Shown: positions 25,991 through 38,679 of the stretch, in pieces
Numbering within the stretch: position 1 is the stretch's first letter
How the letters are laid out: every line of letters starts with the position of its first letter
Assembly (NCBI GenBank): GCA_013239625.1
Contig: MU054001.1
Coordinates: forward strand, 248,001-312,000
Direction of reading: 5' to 3'
DNA: 64,000 nucleotides
DNA from: Lama guanicoe
Taxonomy: Eukaryota
The notes under the pieces: model-generated
The model's input: only the letters and a program-made list of their open reading frames with translations
The model's database searches: none
What the model was told of the DNA's origin: nothing
Program-made: the position numbers and the translations under genes

Positions 25991-26634
25991 TAGCTATGTG
26001 ATGCTCCCTACTTCTTCTGATTGTGGAAGGGAGATAATAATCCCCATTCAGGTGGCCACTTGTAAGGGTCAATGACAAAACATATATGGAAATGCATTGC
26101 AAACTGTAAAGCATAAAATGGACACAGGGATAATGTGGGCTGGAAAACATAATGTGTTTTTCACTCAAGCCATTGGTTTAGATGACATTTCTGTAATTTT
26201 ACACATACCTGCCAAGGACTGAGTCTTTGGGCAGAGATCCTTTCCTTTGACAGGTAAAGGAAGTGTAATTGCTAAAGTGGTCCTTCCCCTCAATCTCAGC
26301 TAAGAGCCTTGTTTTTATGGCTGGTACTGCACTAGGATTGCAATTAGCTCTTACTCTACAGAGATGGGGGTTGGTGATAAAATGGTCTGCATGGTTGCAT
26401 TATAGTTTTCAATATTTAGTATATTGACAAAGATAAACAGTTAATTCTCCTTCACAGCTACTCAACTGGAAATCTCTTAGGACTGCTTCAAAAAATTTCA
26501 CCCCTGTTTTCATTTCTCCACGGGGGGAAAAAGGGCACCTCGATGTATTGGAGACAATCACCTTAATGAAGGCAGGCTTTTAAAAATTAGAAGCAAAGCC
26601 ATCTATTTCCATGCAGTTGAAACTCTCATCTTTT

Positions 26635-27080
26635 TAAAAAAAATTGTATTATTATTTTATTGATGTATAGTTGCTTTACAGTATTGTGTTAGTTTCAGGT
26701 GTAGAGCAAAGTGATTCAATTATACAGATACTGTATTTTCAGATTCTTTTCCGTTACAGGTTATTACAAGATACTGAATATGGTTCCCTGTGCTATACAG
26801 TAGGACCTCATTGTTTATTTTATATATAGTGGTGTGTATCTGTTAATCCCAAACTCCTAATTTATCACTCTCCACCTTCCCCTTTGGTAACCATAACTTT
26901 GTTTTCTATGTCTGTGAGTCTGTTTCTGTTTTGTAAATAAGTTCATTTGTTTTATTTTTTAGATTACACATATAAATGGCATTATATAATTTTTGTCTTT
27001 CTCTGCCTGGCTTACTTCACACAGTATGATAATCTCTAGGTCCACACATGTTGCTGCAAATGGAATTATTTCTTTTTTTT
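26635..27080 (-). mobile_element. L1 3' end (artiodactyl-type)
   Basis: ttttattgatgtatagttg...gttagtttcaggtgta...gttccctgtgctatacagtagg...ataatctctaggtccacacatgttgctgcaaatgg; antisense homologue of 30148-30740. Confidence 0.85.
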
Positions 27081-27849
27081 TTTGAAATTATAACACTTTG
27101 TGCAACGTTTTGGTCCATTTCTAGCTTCTTTTTATTTTTATTTTTGTTTATTTTTATTTCATCCTTTTTTTATGGAAACCTCGTCTTAATATGGCTTGAG
27201 GTTTCTTCTCTGTGGTCACTGTTCTTATATTCTTGACCTCCAGCTGGGAACACTCCAGGCTCTATTCTTTTAACTCCCATCACTTCCTTGGTGCTTTGCT
27301 TCTGGCTTCACCTCCCACCGCCCCCCTCCCCCCCCCCCCCCCCCCGCACCTCTCCGGGCTGGCTGGCTTCCATTCCACCTCCTTCTGATACGAGCACTTG
27401 TGCTGGGGATTTTCCAGCTGCCCCTCCAGATCCGTGCTCCCACTCTTCACCCTGCTCTGGGTCCCTGGATGTTGACATCTACAGACTGCCGCCCCAGGCT
27501 CCCTCGCTCTCTGGTTTTCTATTGGAGAGTTCTAGCGGGAGCTGGGAGGGCATCAGGAGAGAGGCGTGGGTGTTTAGGCCCCTGGTACTCCTGCTGGTGA
27601 ACTGGTGTAGGGGTGAGAAAGGTAACCTCTCCAAAGGAAATTGGGGTGCCGTCTCCGCCATGAGGAAGCAGAGGGTGCCCTTGAGGAGGTGACTACAGAG
27701 ATTTTGCCAAAGCATTATTGACAGTGATGTGGACTGAGGGAGCCGCCGAGGGCTAGTGCTTCACCCAGAGACCTGCAGCCGTGGAAAGCCGTTGCTGCCG
27801 CTACACCAGAAGGAGCCAGGAGCCGGCATCATTGGTAGCACCAGAGACA

Positions 27850-28116
27850 GCTTTACTGACGTGCAACTGACATACAAAAATGGCGCATCTTTAATAAATA
27901 CAATTTGATGAGGTGGGACAGATGCAGTCACTGGTGAAAACACGACCACTTTCAAGGTAACAGATACGTCTGTCATCTCCCAGAGGTTCCTTGTGTCCCT
28001 TTCTGTGTGCATTGGTTTTTGTTTTGGGTTTTGTTTTGTGGTGAGAAGACTTAACATGAGATCCATCCTCCTAACAAATTTTTAAGTGCCCAACACGGTA
28101 TTGCTAACGATGGGCA
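27850..28116 (-). mobile_element. L1MA/MB-type 3' end
   Basis: cagctttactgacgtgcaactgacatacaaaa...gtggtgagaagacttaacatgagatccatcctcctaacaaatttttaagtg. Confidence 0.7.
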
Positions 28117-30147
28117 GGTTTTTCTTGAACAGGAATGAGACAGATAAATCACACTTTAGCCAAAAACAAACAAGCAGAGACATAAATACTGAGGGGTCCC
28201 AAGATCTTGAACTCAAGAGCAGAAACTTGGGCTCATTTCATATGCCTTTGATTTACTCCCTAACTCTCTATAAACCTCTCCCTTGGGCCTTGCTTCTTTC
28301 TCTTTTCTTACCTTCCTTTCTCCTTCCTCACTGGTTCAGCTTTCCACATTTTTTTTTTCTTTTTTGAGGGCATCTACCTCCGATGGGGCACTGAGCTCGG
28401 TGTAGAGAGCAAAGCGGATAAAACAGACTCCTCCCTGCACCCCGCCATTGACTCATCCTGCCACCTCTCTTTCTCTTCTGTCCCGAGTCACTTTCTATCA
28501 TTCACATCCCACCTGTAGGCATTCATTTTCCTCTATAACTTACACCCTTGGAAACATCCATGTATTCAAGTGTCTTCTCCATCAGTCAGTATTCCCTAAA
28601 CTGTCAGCTCCGTGCAAGAGGCCTCTCTCTGCTGGATTTATGGCTTGGTAAAGCCATTTCATAAAAAGTGATGAATGATCATTAACATTTTAACTTCAGG
28701 CCGTTTAATGGCACCCGACGAAGGGGTCAAGTGAAACTCATGGGTGTCATGTGTCAAATGTCACAGTTAAGGGATGGGGCTGAACAGTAGCTGAGAGTTA
28801 GGTGGAGAGAGTGTGGGAGGAAGTGAAGACTGAACTTCTGCACCCATCCGGGGGCTGGCTGCCCCCTTGGCCACCGTTAAAGGGATCCGTCTACACCCCA
28901 GATTAGAAGTACCTGCACTTCAGTTAAGATGCATGTTTGAGTATTCAGTTTTGTACAGAATGCAATAATAGCCCACTCCCTTCTGCCTCATGTGTTCAAT
29001 GCACTGCATGCTGCACATTAAGGAAAGTCCATTGGACATCCAGCATTAAGGGGCTTCATTTCCTGAACGTCCCCACCCTCCTCACCCGACAACTTGTTCC
29101 TCACTCTCTGAAGTCTCTGAGCTGACATCCTCAATGCCCATCCATCTCCATGTCCTCCACCCTATCCACGCTTCATCTCTGCTTCTCTCCCAAGTCCTTC
29201 CCCTCTCTTCTTGCTCTCTGAAAGTCTATGGGTCCCACCAGTGCTCAGGAACCCCCTCCCCCAGGGTGGCCTCATCCACTGCTCTGCCCCAACCTCACAG
29301 ATGGGGCCTAAACACCAACCACCATCAACAAAAAGTTGAGCATAAAATGAGACCAGGAACCAATGTGTTTCAGAAATGGAAAGTTGGAGTCCTGCTGGGA
29401 GGTAATGAGATGGACGATCAAGGACTAGGCAACATGGTGGACACTATGTGCTAGATCGGCATTCCGGGGAAATAGGAGCTTGGTATTGAGATAATGGCTG
29501 GTAAAAAAAAAAAAGCAACACATTCTTGGTTCAGATCCCAATGAGGAGAAAAGTGTGGTAGTGAAACAATGCTTCCATCGGAGAGTGATATCACATGCCC
29601 AGATTTCATCTTTGGAGAATGGCTCTTTGTGGACAGAATTGGGACCTCACAGTGGGGTGACACCTGAGACACTCAGGACTGTAGTCTATCATAATCATAG
29701 CAGGTACAGGGATGGCAGTCTGTTCACCCCTTCCCCAGGGAGCCCAGTTGTAGTGGAGAAAGTTAATTTGATCACAGCCAACATTTACTGAGCACATGCA
29801 CCAGTCCCTTTGCTGAACACTTACTATTTCTCAACTGAGTTCATCCTTACCATCCCATGAGCTAAGTTCTAATTTTATCCCATTTTACTTATGAAGATAC
29901 TGAAGTTCAGAGATTAAGGCACTAGCTCACCATCACCAGGTACTATGCAGTCGGTCTGGCTTGCTCAGCCTTCTATATCCATGTTCTTCCTCACACTTCC
30001 CCACCACCTCTGGACCAGCTGAATGTGTCATGATGACCACACAGTAAGAGAAGGGTGGGCATAAAGAGCGGGTAGTAAGACAATGCTCCCTTTTCAAAAC
30101 CACTTATTAAAAATGTAAAAGTAAGTCTATTTAAAGAAAAATATCAT

Positions 30148-30740
30148 AAATGCACCCCAATGTTCACAGCAGAACTATTTACAATAGCCAAGACATGACA
30201 ACAACCTAAATGTCCATTGACAGATGAATGAATAAAGAAGTTCTGGTATACTTATACAGTGGAATACTACTCAGCCTTGAAAAAGAAATAAAACAATGCC
30301 ATTTGGCAACATGGGTGGACCTGGAGATCGCCATTCTAAGTGAAGTAAGCCAGAAAGAGAAAGAAAAATGCCACATGATATTACTTATATGTGGAATCTT
30401 AAAAAAAAAAGACACAAATGAATTTATTTTCAAAACAGAAACAGACTCACAAACATAGAAAACAAGCTTATGTTTAACAGGGGTGGTGGAAAGAAGAAGG
30501 GGGTAGGGAGGGATAAATTGGGAGTTTGAGATTTGCAGATACTAACTACTAAATATAAAATCGATAAACAATAAGTTTCTATTGTAGAGCACAGGGAACT
30601 ATATTCAATAACTTGTAGTAACTTATAATGAAAATGAATATGAAAAGGAATATACGTATGTATGTGAATGACTATGACACTATGCTGAACACCAGAAATG
30701 GATACAACATTGTAAACTGACTATACTTCAATAAAAAAAA
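30148..30740 (+). mobile_element. 5'-truncated L1: ORF2 C-terminal remnant, 3' UTR and A tail
   Basis: ORF 30228..30458 contains ATWVDLEIAILSEVSQKEKEKCHMILLICG (L1 ORF2 end). Ends ctatacttcaataaaaaaaa; flanks aaagaaaaata / aaagaaaata are a possible TSD. Confidence 0.9.
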
Positions 30741-31469
30741 TATATATCAAAAGAAAATAGTACACATTTGGATATGGCCTGCATCTTGACGGTGAAAGGA
30801 ACACCAGTAGAGGCCGACAGCTCTGAAATGGACAGAGCAGAATCCAGTAAGTGGTGCTAGTGGGGGTGTCTGAGGCACAGTAGGGAAAAATGAAGAGTTT
30901 TCCAATATAATAGAAAAAACTTCTCCACTGTTAGGCCCAGTGACAGTCCCTGTGGTCGGCAGCTCTCTGACCTTGCCTCCTGTGTCAATGTCAATAGCTG
31001 TTGCCACCAGTCAATGGGCCTCCCATTTGGTACTTAGAGGTTCTCTTTATGCACTTAAAAGGCATCATTAGTACCAAGTGGCTATTAAAGCAGTCTTGCT
31101 GTTCAGAATGATTTTCTGAAGCAAATGCAGAGGAAACGTGTTGAGGGTTGAAGTCATTAGCTGCGACCACAGAAGGACTGACCGTGGGCAATGGTGCCAT
31201 TAATCTTGATAAGGGGGAAGTGTGAGCAATTCATAAAATCTGCTTGGTGAGGTTTCTCCCTAAATGGACACCCGGGAGAATGACCCCATGTCTTTGCTTT
31301 AGGTAAGAAGGACACTTGTGAGCTGTGACATCGACTTGGCAGAATGAGCCAGGGAGGCAGGGCTGCTGGGGGTGGGGACACGACAGGGATTCCAGAACTC
31401 ACTGGGGAGGCCGGAATGTGGCTGGGCAGTGGGGTAGAATAGCAGCAGAGGGAAGGTTGCCGCTCGAAT

Positions 31470-31700
31470 CTTACATAATACATTCTACGGACCAGGCACA
31501 ATTCTAATGCTCTGCATATCAACTGTTCAATCCTCACAACAGTCCTGTGAGGCAGGCACCATTATTATTCCCATTTTAGAGATGAGGAAACTTGAGGTTC
31601 AGATCGGTTATGACACTTGCTTAAGGCTGCACAGCTAGTAAATGGCAGAGCTGGGATTCAAACCCTGGAAGTCTGGTTTCAGGGGCTGTGCTCTTACCAT
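31470..31700 (-). mobile_element. MIR SINE
   Basis: aatcctcacaacagtcctgtgaggcagg...cccattttagagatgaggaaact...cacagctagtaaatggcagagctgggattcaaaccc. Confidence 0.8.
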
Positions 31701-32156
31701 TTCACTCTGCAGCATGATCTTAGAGGAGATGCATTCAGCCTCCTTCTACCTTCCCTTGGAGGACAGCATAAGCCTTGGGGTCACACAGTCCTGGATTGGA
31801 ACCCCAACTCTGCCACTTTCTGGATTTTGCAACTTGGAAAAAAGGACTTCGCTTCTTAAGACTCCGTTTCTTCATTTACAGAGTGGAGAGTTTTTATGAA
31901 ATTATACATGATGTCAGAAACACTTAACAGCTTGGGAATATACGTCACTGCCTCCTTCTTCCACATTGAGGCAACAGACGCTGATGGCCAGGGCAGGACA
32001 CTGATGGGGGAATGTGATGGACAGATGGATGCCTGCCCAAACCAGCACCTCTGTGGCTAGGGACTGGCCCAGGCCATTGGCCAGAGAGCCAGAGCCCTTT
32101 TCTTCATCACTTTCTTCCTAGTTGGCCTTGTTCATTTTGGGTTCTTGGCTAGAGTC

Positions 32157-32528
32157 TGTTATGAACTCAATGTTTATGGCCCTTCAGAATTCTTCTGTTG
32201 AAGCCCTACCCTCTAATGGGGCTGTATTTGAAGACAGGGCCTGTGTAGATAATGGTCAACTGAGGTCATGAGGGTTGGACCTTGATCCAATAGGGCTGGT
32301 GCCTTTATAAGAAGAGGAAGGAATACCAGAGCTCTCTCTCTCTACCATTGAGGACACCATGAGGAGGTGGCCATCTGCAAGCCAAGAAGAGAGCTCTCAC
32401 TAGGAACTAAGTTGGCTGTCACCTTGATCTTGGACCTCCAGCCTCCAGAACTGTGAGAAAACAAATACTTGTTGTTTAAACCACCCAGTGTGCGATATTT
32501 TGTTAAGCAGTCCAAACTGACTGAGACA
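32157..32528 (+). mobile_element. Solo MLT1A/MST-like MaLR LTR
   Basis: TG...CA ends; caccttgatcttggacctccagcctccagaactgtgagaaa; 5-bp TSD gagtc / gaatc. Confidence 0.85.
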
Positions 32529-32609
32529 GAATCCCAAGTCCACATGCTGAATGGAAGACTTAAGTCTGGAAGTACATTCAAAACTGTGCCTTCAGCAATT
32601 ATCCCAATT

Positions 32610-33050
32610 TAGGTAAAGAGGACTACACATTGGATGCTACTCCTCCCATTAAATGGTAGAGTTGAATTCCTCTCCTCCTGACTCTGGACAAGCTTTAATG
32701 ACTTGCTTAACCAAGAGAATACAGTGGAAGTGACATTCTGGGACTCGTGAGGATGGGTCATAAGAAACCTTGAGACCTCTACCCAGGCCTCTTGGAATCC
32801 GTGCTCTTGAAACCTACCTGCCATGATGGAAGGAAACTCACGCAGCCCATGGAGAGATTGGAAACTTCTGCAGGGGCTGGAACCCCACATCCTCTTTGGA
32901 AGGGGGTCCTCCAGTTCCAGTCATGCTGCTTCTTCTAACACCTCATGGGTCAGAAACAAACCATTCCCACTGAACCCTGCCCAAACTGCAGGTCCATGAA
33001 CAACATCAGTAACTGTTGGTGTCTTGAGTCATTAAATTAGGGGTAATTTT
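32610..33050 (+). mobile_element. MLT1 (G/H-like) LTR
   Basis: actcctcccatt...tgacttgcttaaccaagagaatacagtggaagtgac...ccctgcccaaactgcagg. Confidence 0.7.
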
Positions 33051-33479
33051 CCCTCTGCCATTCACACCTCGGGACACTAAGAAGCACTTCCAAAGGGCTC
33101 CTACCCCTTCTCAGAGCCACCTCTGAGCTGTCCCAGGGATGACTTGCTCACGTGCCTAGGCTCTCCCACCTGGAAGCATCTCCCCTGACAATTCCACTCC
33201 ACGTGCAGGCAGCTGAGATATGAGGTGGACAAGGCTCAGGGAAGTCTCCCCTGGCTTGATGCTGGCCTTTAATACCCAAGATTACATCCATCTTTGGGTT
33301 CCTTATAAATGATGTGATAAAATATAAATATTAGACCTCATTTCACCAGGGGAAAACTGAAATCCATAGAGGCTAGGGAGAAACCACAGGCTTCCAGACT
33401 CTGTCTGCCAAACCCCACCCTCTCCTCCTACACACCTAGACAATGCTGGGGCTGGAAAAGAAACAGCCTGGTTGTAGTT

Positions 33480-33666
33480 CACTGGTTCTCAACCTTGGCT
33501 GTACACTGGGATCACTTAGAAGTTTGAAAAATACTGCTGGGACTCACTCCTAGGGGTTGGAATTAATTGGTCTGGAGTTCAGCTTGGATATTGGTTCAGA
33601 AGATCAAAACAAAACAAAACACATTGCTGGCTGATTTTCTGCACCACCAGGGTGAAGAACAAATGC
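33480..33666. mobile_element. MER5-like hAT-Charlie MITE
   Basis: ggttctcaaccttggctgtacactgggatcac...ccagggtgaagaac. Confidence 0.6.
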
Positions 33667-35339
33667 TCCAGCCTCATCATTATCAATGTTGGCATTATTG
33701 TTCTAAGGCAGGTTGTCTAAGACTTTAAATAAAGTCAAGTTGGAATCTGGAGATGGTCCCAGGCAATGAGGGAAGACCTCACTCTCTGATGATCTCAGAA
33801 ATAATAACCTCCCTTTACATGAATACAGATTAACTTGCCAAACAGTCGAAGGTGTACCAGCAGTGATGTGAACTGGCCATGGCGTTAAATAATGCTGGAT
33901 CTCAGAGTGACCTTCCCGCTTCAACTTTTTTCCAGTCCTCTGATTCGCAAAGGAGAAGCCTCTGTTTGGTGCTAGCTTGGCTTCAACATCTCTCTAACTC
34001 TTGGCAAAAATCAGGGCATTGGTTTGCCTCTGATCAAAATTCAAGGAACACTGATTTAAATCTTGGTTCCCATGGTGGCTAGAGAAATTATGAAAGAGCC
34101 ACATGGTTCAACATGATCTCAACCTACCAGGAGAAAGCTGAGTCTTAGAGGCTTTTGGCGACTTACCCAAGGACTCAGGTCAGTCTCTCCACCCTCTCCA
34201 ATGTAGCATTTAGTGAAGAAAACCATGCCAACAGAGGGGTCCTCCACCATATGACTGGGAGACAGCAACTGGACTCCATTCTTGCTCTGATCTCAGAGTA
34301 AGAGCCAAGCAGTCCCACTGAGAGGACGAGGGGAAGAGGATGCCAAGAGGGTCGGACAAAGAAGAAATCATGAAGGAGAGTAAGACTTGTGGGTTCAGGA
34401 GCTAGATTTCAGAAGTGACATGGCAAGCATTTGGCTCAGAAAAGAAAGAACTTTCTAATGCCACCAAAGATGCAACTGGCTGTATCAGGAGACAGCGAAA
34501 GACCCGCCCTCTCCATCAATCCTTTTATTTGCTCAAGATACAGTCTCTCCTTCCTGGTGGCGGCATTCCCCAAACGTGTAGGGATTTTGGAATGCGTGCT
34601 CATTTGGGGGACAGAATTCTCTTACACTCTGAGGTGCCAGGGCCTCCTAAGATGCTTCCAAACCTGGAATCCTAGTTAGCCGTCAGACAGCTGGAAAAGG
34701 CAAGTTAGTCTCCTAGGTTCCCCCACTCCCCTTCCAATAACAACACATCTTTGAGCTTCAGGATATTGGAGGGGTGCCGGGGGGGAGGGGGGAACTGAAC
34801 TAGATGAGGTGATTGCATGTGAATCCAGATTAAATAATAGAGAAAATGTTTGCACCTGTTCTTGGGATGTGATTTACTCCTGGCCAACAGCAGGCGTCCC
34901 CGGGCCTCATGCTGAGCTTAGGGTCTGGCCACCTGAGAGTCAGCCACTGCCACTCAGGTTAGAAGCCCATCAGGCCACCCAAGATGCTTGTCACACAAAC
35001 AGATCTTCCAGCCCACCTCCCAGTGGGATTCTTTAGTTAAAGGCTGATTTTGATGGTGGCGATTCCTGGGCTACATTCTGCCAAACACTGAGCAGGGGTG
35101 TCTCACATAGCCATATCCCAGGGTGTGGGCAGTGGGGAGGGTGGCAGAGGCGCTCGGCCAGGATAGAGGGGCAGATCCAGGAGGCTCTAGAAGTCCTTGT
35201 CCATCAGACATTCCTGAGAATGGATAAAGGGCAACCTGGAGTCCCAGAGGCATGAGACAATAGACTCATAGAAGTCAGAGTCTCAGAAACATAGGCTCTT
35301 CTTCATAACAGAATCCAAGAATTTTAAAAAAGGGAATGC

Positions 35340-35600
35340 ATTAGCAGTAGAGCTTGGTGGTTAAGAATCAGTCCTACGCAGAGTCTGACTTCTTTACTTA
35401 CTAACTGGGTAACTGACATCAAGTTATTTAACCTCTCTGAGCTTCTGTTCCCTCATCCAGTAGATGGTCATACAAGTAAGTATCATATAATGCTCCCTGG
35501 GACTCTTGTGACATATAAATGAGTCAATGCATTTAAAGGACATGGCACTGAGTCTGGCACATGGAAAGGGCTCCAGAAGCTCTCATCGTCATGACCAGGG
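35340..35600 (+). mobile_element. MIR SINE
   Basis: gtggttaagaa...caagttatttaacctctctgagcttctgttccctcatc...agtctggcacat. Confidence 0.65.
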
Positions 35601-37539
35601 TCATAGGATGTTCGAGCTGAGAGTGAGCAGAGAGATCTAGTGAGTCCAGTGCCAACATAGCGACTCCTGCCTGATGGGAAAGGAATCAATAAAGGAAGAA
35701 GATGTTTATGAGCTGTGGCTTCCCTGGCTCAGCTCTCTACCCAGCTCCCTGGTGGTTGCTCCCCCCAGCCGAGGGAAGGAGCACGTTAGCCATCAAGGGG
35801 TTTTGGGGGGCGACTCCTACAGACTCTCCCAACTGGAGAATGGCACCTTTCTGCAGTCACTCACTTTGCAGGGCTCACAGGCCAGCTGTCTGAGGGCACC
35901 GGCAAGCTCAGCTGAGGACAACAGGGCTGCACCCTCCCTCCCCTTGCTCTGGTGTTTCATCAAAACAGTATTCAAAATATGATTCTGGGAGATTATATTG
36001 GGAGATTTGCAGGAGGCTCTCCGTGGGGGCGGAGATGGTGGGAACAGATTGCTGCGGGGGGCCGGAGGCTGGGATAATCGCAGGCTCAGCCTTGCCTTTT
36101 GCAGGCCTTCACCTGGACTCCTGGAGCCCACCATCAGCTCCGGAGCGAACACCAAGCACCTGGGTGGCGACCAAGATCATCTCCGCACTTGACAGCTGGG
36201 GAAACTAAGAGAGGGGAAGGGGCTTGTCCACGGCCCCACAGCAAGGTAGTAATGGGACTGAGGCGGTACAGTGGTTTCCTAGGATTCAAGGCTACTCTTT
36301 TCAGCCCTTCGCACACTCGACTGCCTCCAGCCAACCAGGTCCAGATCTTTGGGACAATCCTGGGCTGCAGGCTCCTGTTCTGGGTTGTGGGGGGTGGGGA
36401 GAGGCTGGACCTCCCAGACCAGAGATGGAGAGACAATCTCCAGCGATCCTGGGTAGTAAAGCAGATCACCCCAGATGGGCCTCCTTTCCCAAGGCTCAGG
36501 GTCCTATAAAGGCTGAATGGCTGGGGGCCATGTGCAGGTAAACCCTCCTCCCACCCCCATCCCCCACTCTCTGGACCCTAGTCCCAGTTCAGCCACGTGA
36601 TCTCGGGCTTAGGTGGGTCCCTTCTCTCTGGCCTTCAGTTTCCCATCTGCAAATGCTGACCCGATCAGATGCTAAGGGCCCCTCTTTCCTTCACAAAGTG
36701 CCTAGCTGAAGCCCCACCCCCAACTAGAGGCCCTAGGAACCAGCATCTGCAGCTTCAGCAGCCTGGAGCGGGGGTCTACCTGGACCCCCAGGAGGGGGTG
36801 GGGTTGAGAGCGCCTTGAAAGAAACCTCTAGCTAATGCTCTTTATTACAAGCGTTAATCCTGCAAAGCCGACTGGAAATAATGTTTATCTTTTCGCAGTT
36901 TAATTTCCCGGACCCTAAGCCGAGGGTCAGTGAGGGGGCCTGGAGGGTCCCCGGGGATGATGAGGGTAGGAGCAGCTGTTGCCCTGAAGCAAAAGGAAAA
37001 CAGGAGTGGGGGCGGAGGGGCAGTTCCAGAGGAAGAGAGGGAAAGGGGGCAGTGGACCCTGAGGGGAGGGCTGGTTCTCTGTGACCCTGAGCCAGTCTCT
37101 GGCCTCTTCTTTGGCCTCAGTTTCCTCATCTGGGGAAGGGGTTTATGCTTTTATAATTCATGATCTCTAAATCCCCTTCGACTCTGGCCATTCTCTAGAA
37201 AATTAGGGGCTGGGAGGTGGCAGGCTCCCCTGTTTTTTTCACCCCCCACTTTTCCTCTCTGCAGCCTCCAAGGTTCTTAAAATCTGCCGAGGAGGATGTG
37301 GATCCTTCCTGCCCCAGACTTCGGTGACCAGTCAGCTGGCACCATACAGGTTTGAAAGGCTGTCACCCAGCCAGGATGGCAGGGCTAGAGCCCAGCAGTG
37401 CAGACACAGCTCCCCAAGGATCCAGCCCCTGGGCGCACATCTCGGCTGCCTTCCCATCCCCATCAGCAACCCGGACCTTCCTCCTAGGGCACTGTCCCGG
37501 GTTCACCTCCCTCTTTCCAACTGTGTGCACTCGCTGGCT

Positions 37540-37960
37540 AAAGCCGAAGCCACTGGGTCGGGGACGCGAGCTCGGGGGTGGCACCGCCATCTTTAAATCT
37601 CTCACACACCCGACGCCCACCCAGCCCTACTCCCGACACGGCTCGCTGGGGGACAAAGCCCCTGCCCCGCTCGTCAGCTCCCATTGGTTGGCCTGTACCG
37701 GAAGTGTTTGGTGGCACTTGACTAAACGAAAGAATGCCCCCTCTCGCCGCTAATCGACCCGGCAAGCTGACAGACGTCGCCATTCGGTCCCACAGGAGGA
37801 GCGCGCGGGGCCCCACCGGCGCGCTAACGGAAGGCCAAGGGGATCCGCATCGCCCCTCCTCCCAACAAACTTAAAACCCAACTACGAGCCCGTTAACAAC
37901 TTCAGCTTCCAGACGAATATCCTGACAGCTCCGTCCCGCTCCTCCCCCGCTCCTCACAGT
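37540..37960. promoter_or_regulatory. Small CpG cluster with promoter-type motifs downstream of IRX6
   Basis: YY1 CCGCCATCTT 37584-37593, inverted CCAAT (ATTGG) 37683-37687, ETS/GABP ACCGGAAGTG 37697-37706, second CGCCATT 37778-37784; locally high CpG. Confidence 0.6.
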
Positions 37961-38219
37961 TGCAGGTCCCCCCACCCCAAGCACACTTATCGGCCTGGCT
38001 TCAGCCAAACTCTGCAAGTTGGATGCCCCGCAGAGTTTGGTGGGCTAAGCCACAGGAGCCTTCGTCTTGGCCATTATCGAGTCAGTTCCCCCCCCCCAGC
38101 TATGAAAGGGACTGAAATCTGCAGCTCATGCTGCCCTTTCCTCAGCACCCCTGACCACATTCCATCCTCCCCTTCACCCCAACCTCTCCAAGCACCCCAG
38201 GAGCAAATAGGCCACACAG

Positions 38220-38671
38220 CTCCGGCTTGGTTTGATTATTTTTAAGGACACAAGGAGTGGGAAGGCAGGGAGAAGACGCAGGTGGTCCTTGGGGGCCAGG
38301 TCAGCATTGAAGTTACAAAGTGAGGGTGATGGGAGTGAGCAGGAGAGGGAGCAGCTTCAGACCCTGAATCCAAAGGGGAGACGGAGACTTGGGCACTGAG
38401 TCGATGCACCAGGCAGACTCGCCCAGCCTTCCCACCTGGCCTTCTCCAAGGTGCCCTGCCACCTCCTCCGTGGGAGTGGGATCTGGCATGTCTGTCAGCC
38501 ACTCCCAGCTCTGCGTGCAAGGAGGGCTAGTAGGAGGGTTCTGTGTGTCTGTCTCTTAGGCGAAGTGAGAGCCCCAGACCCTGGCGAGGTCTCTCAGCTT
38601 CTTAGTGTGGAGGTGAGTTCGAAAAATTAGGGCTTACTTCCAAGATTCTTCTGCAAATCGCAGCCATTGCG
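38220..38671 (-). other. IRX6: Probable IRX6 3' UTR (3' end uncertain)
   Basis: Follows the TAG. An A-rich AAAAATAATC near 38234-38243 is the first poly(A)-signal-like stretch; no canonical AATAAA appears until 36841-36846. Confidence 0.45.
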
Positions 38672-38679
38672 CTAACCTG
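38672..38679 (-). CDS. IRX6: IRX6 terminal coding exon 6 (completes Ala, Gly, TAG stop)
   Basis: Polypyrimidine acceptor tttcctctctcag|CAGGTTAG gives ...GAE-A-G-stop. Confidence 0.85.

Noticed and set aside
30228..30458. 76-aa ORF with protein-like composition
   Set aside because: A frameshifted remnant of the L1 ORF2 C-terminus.
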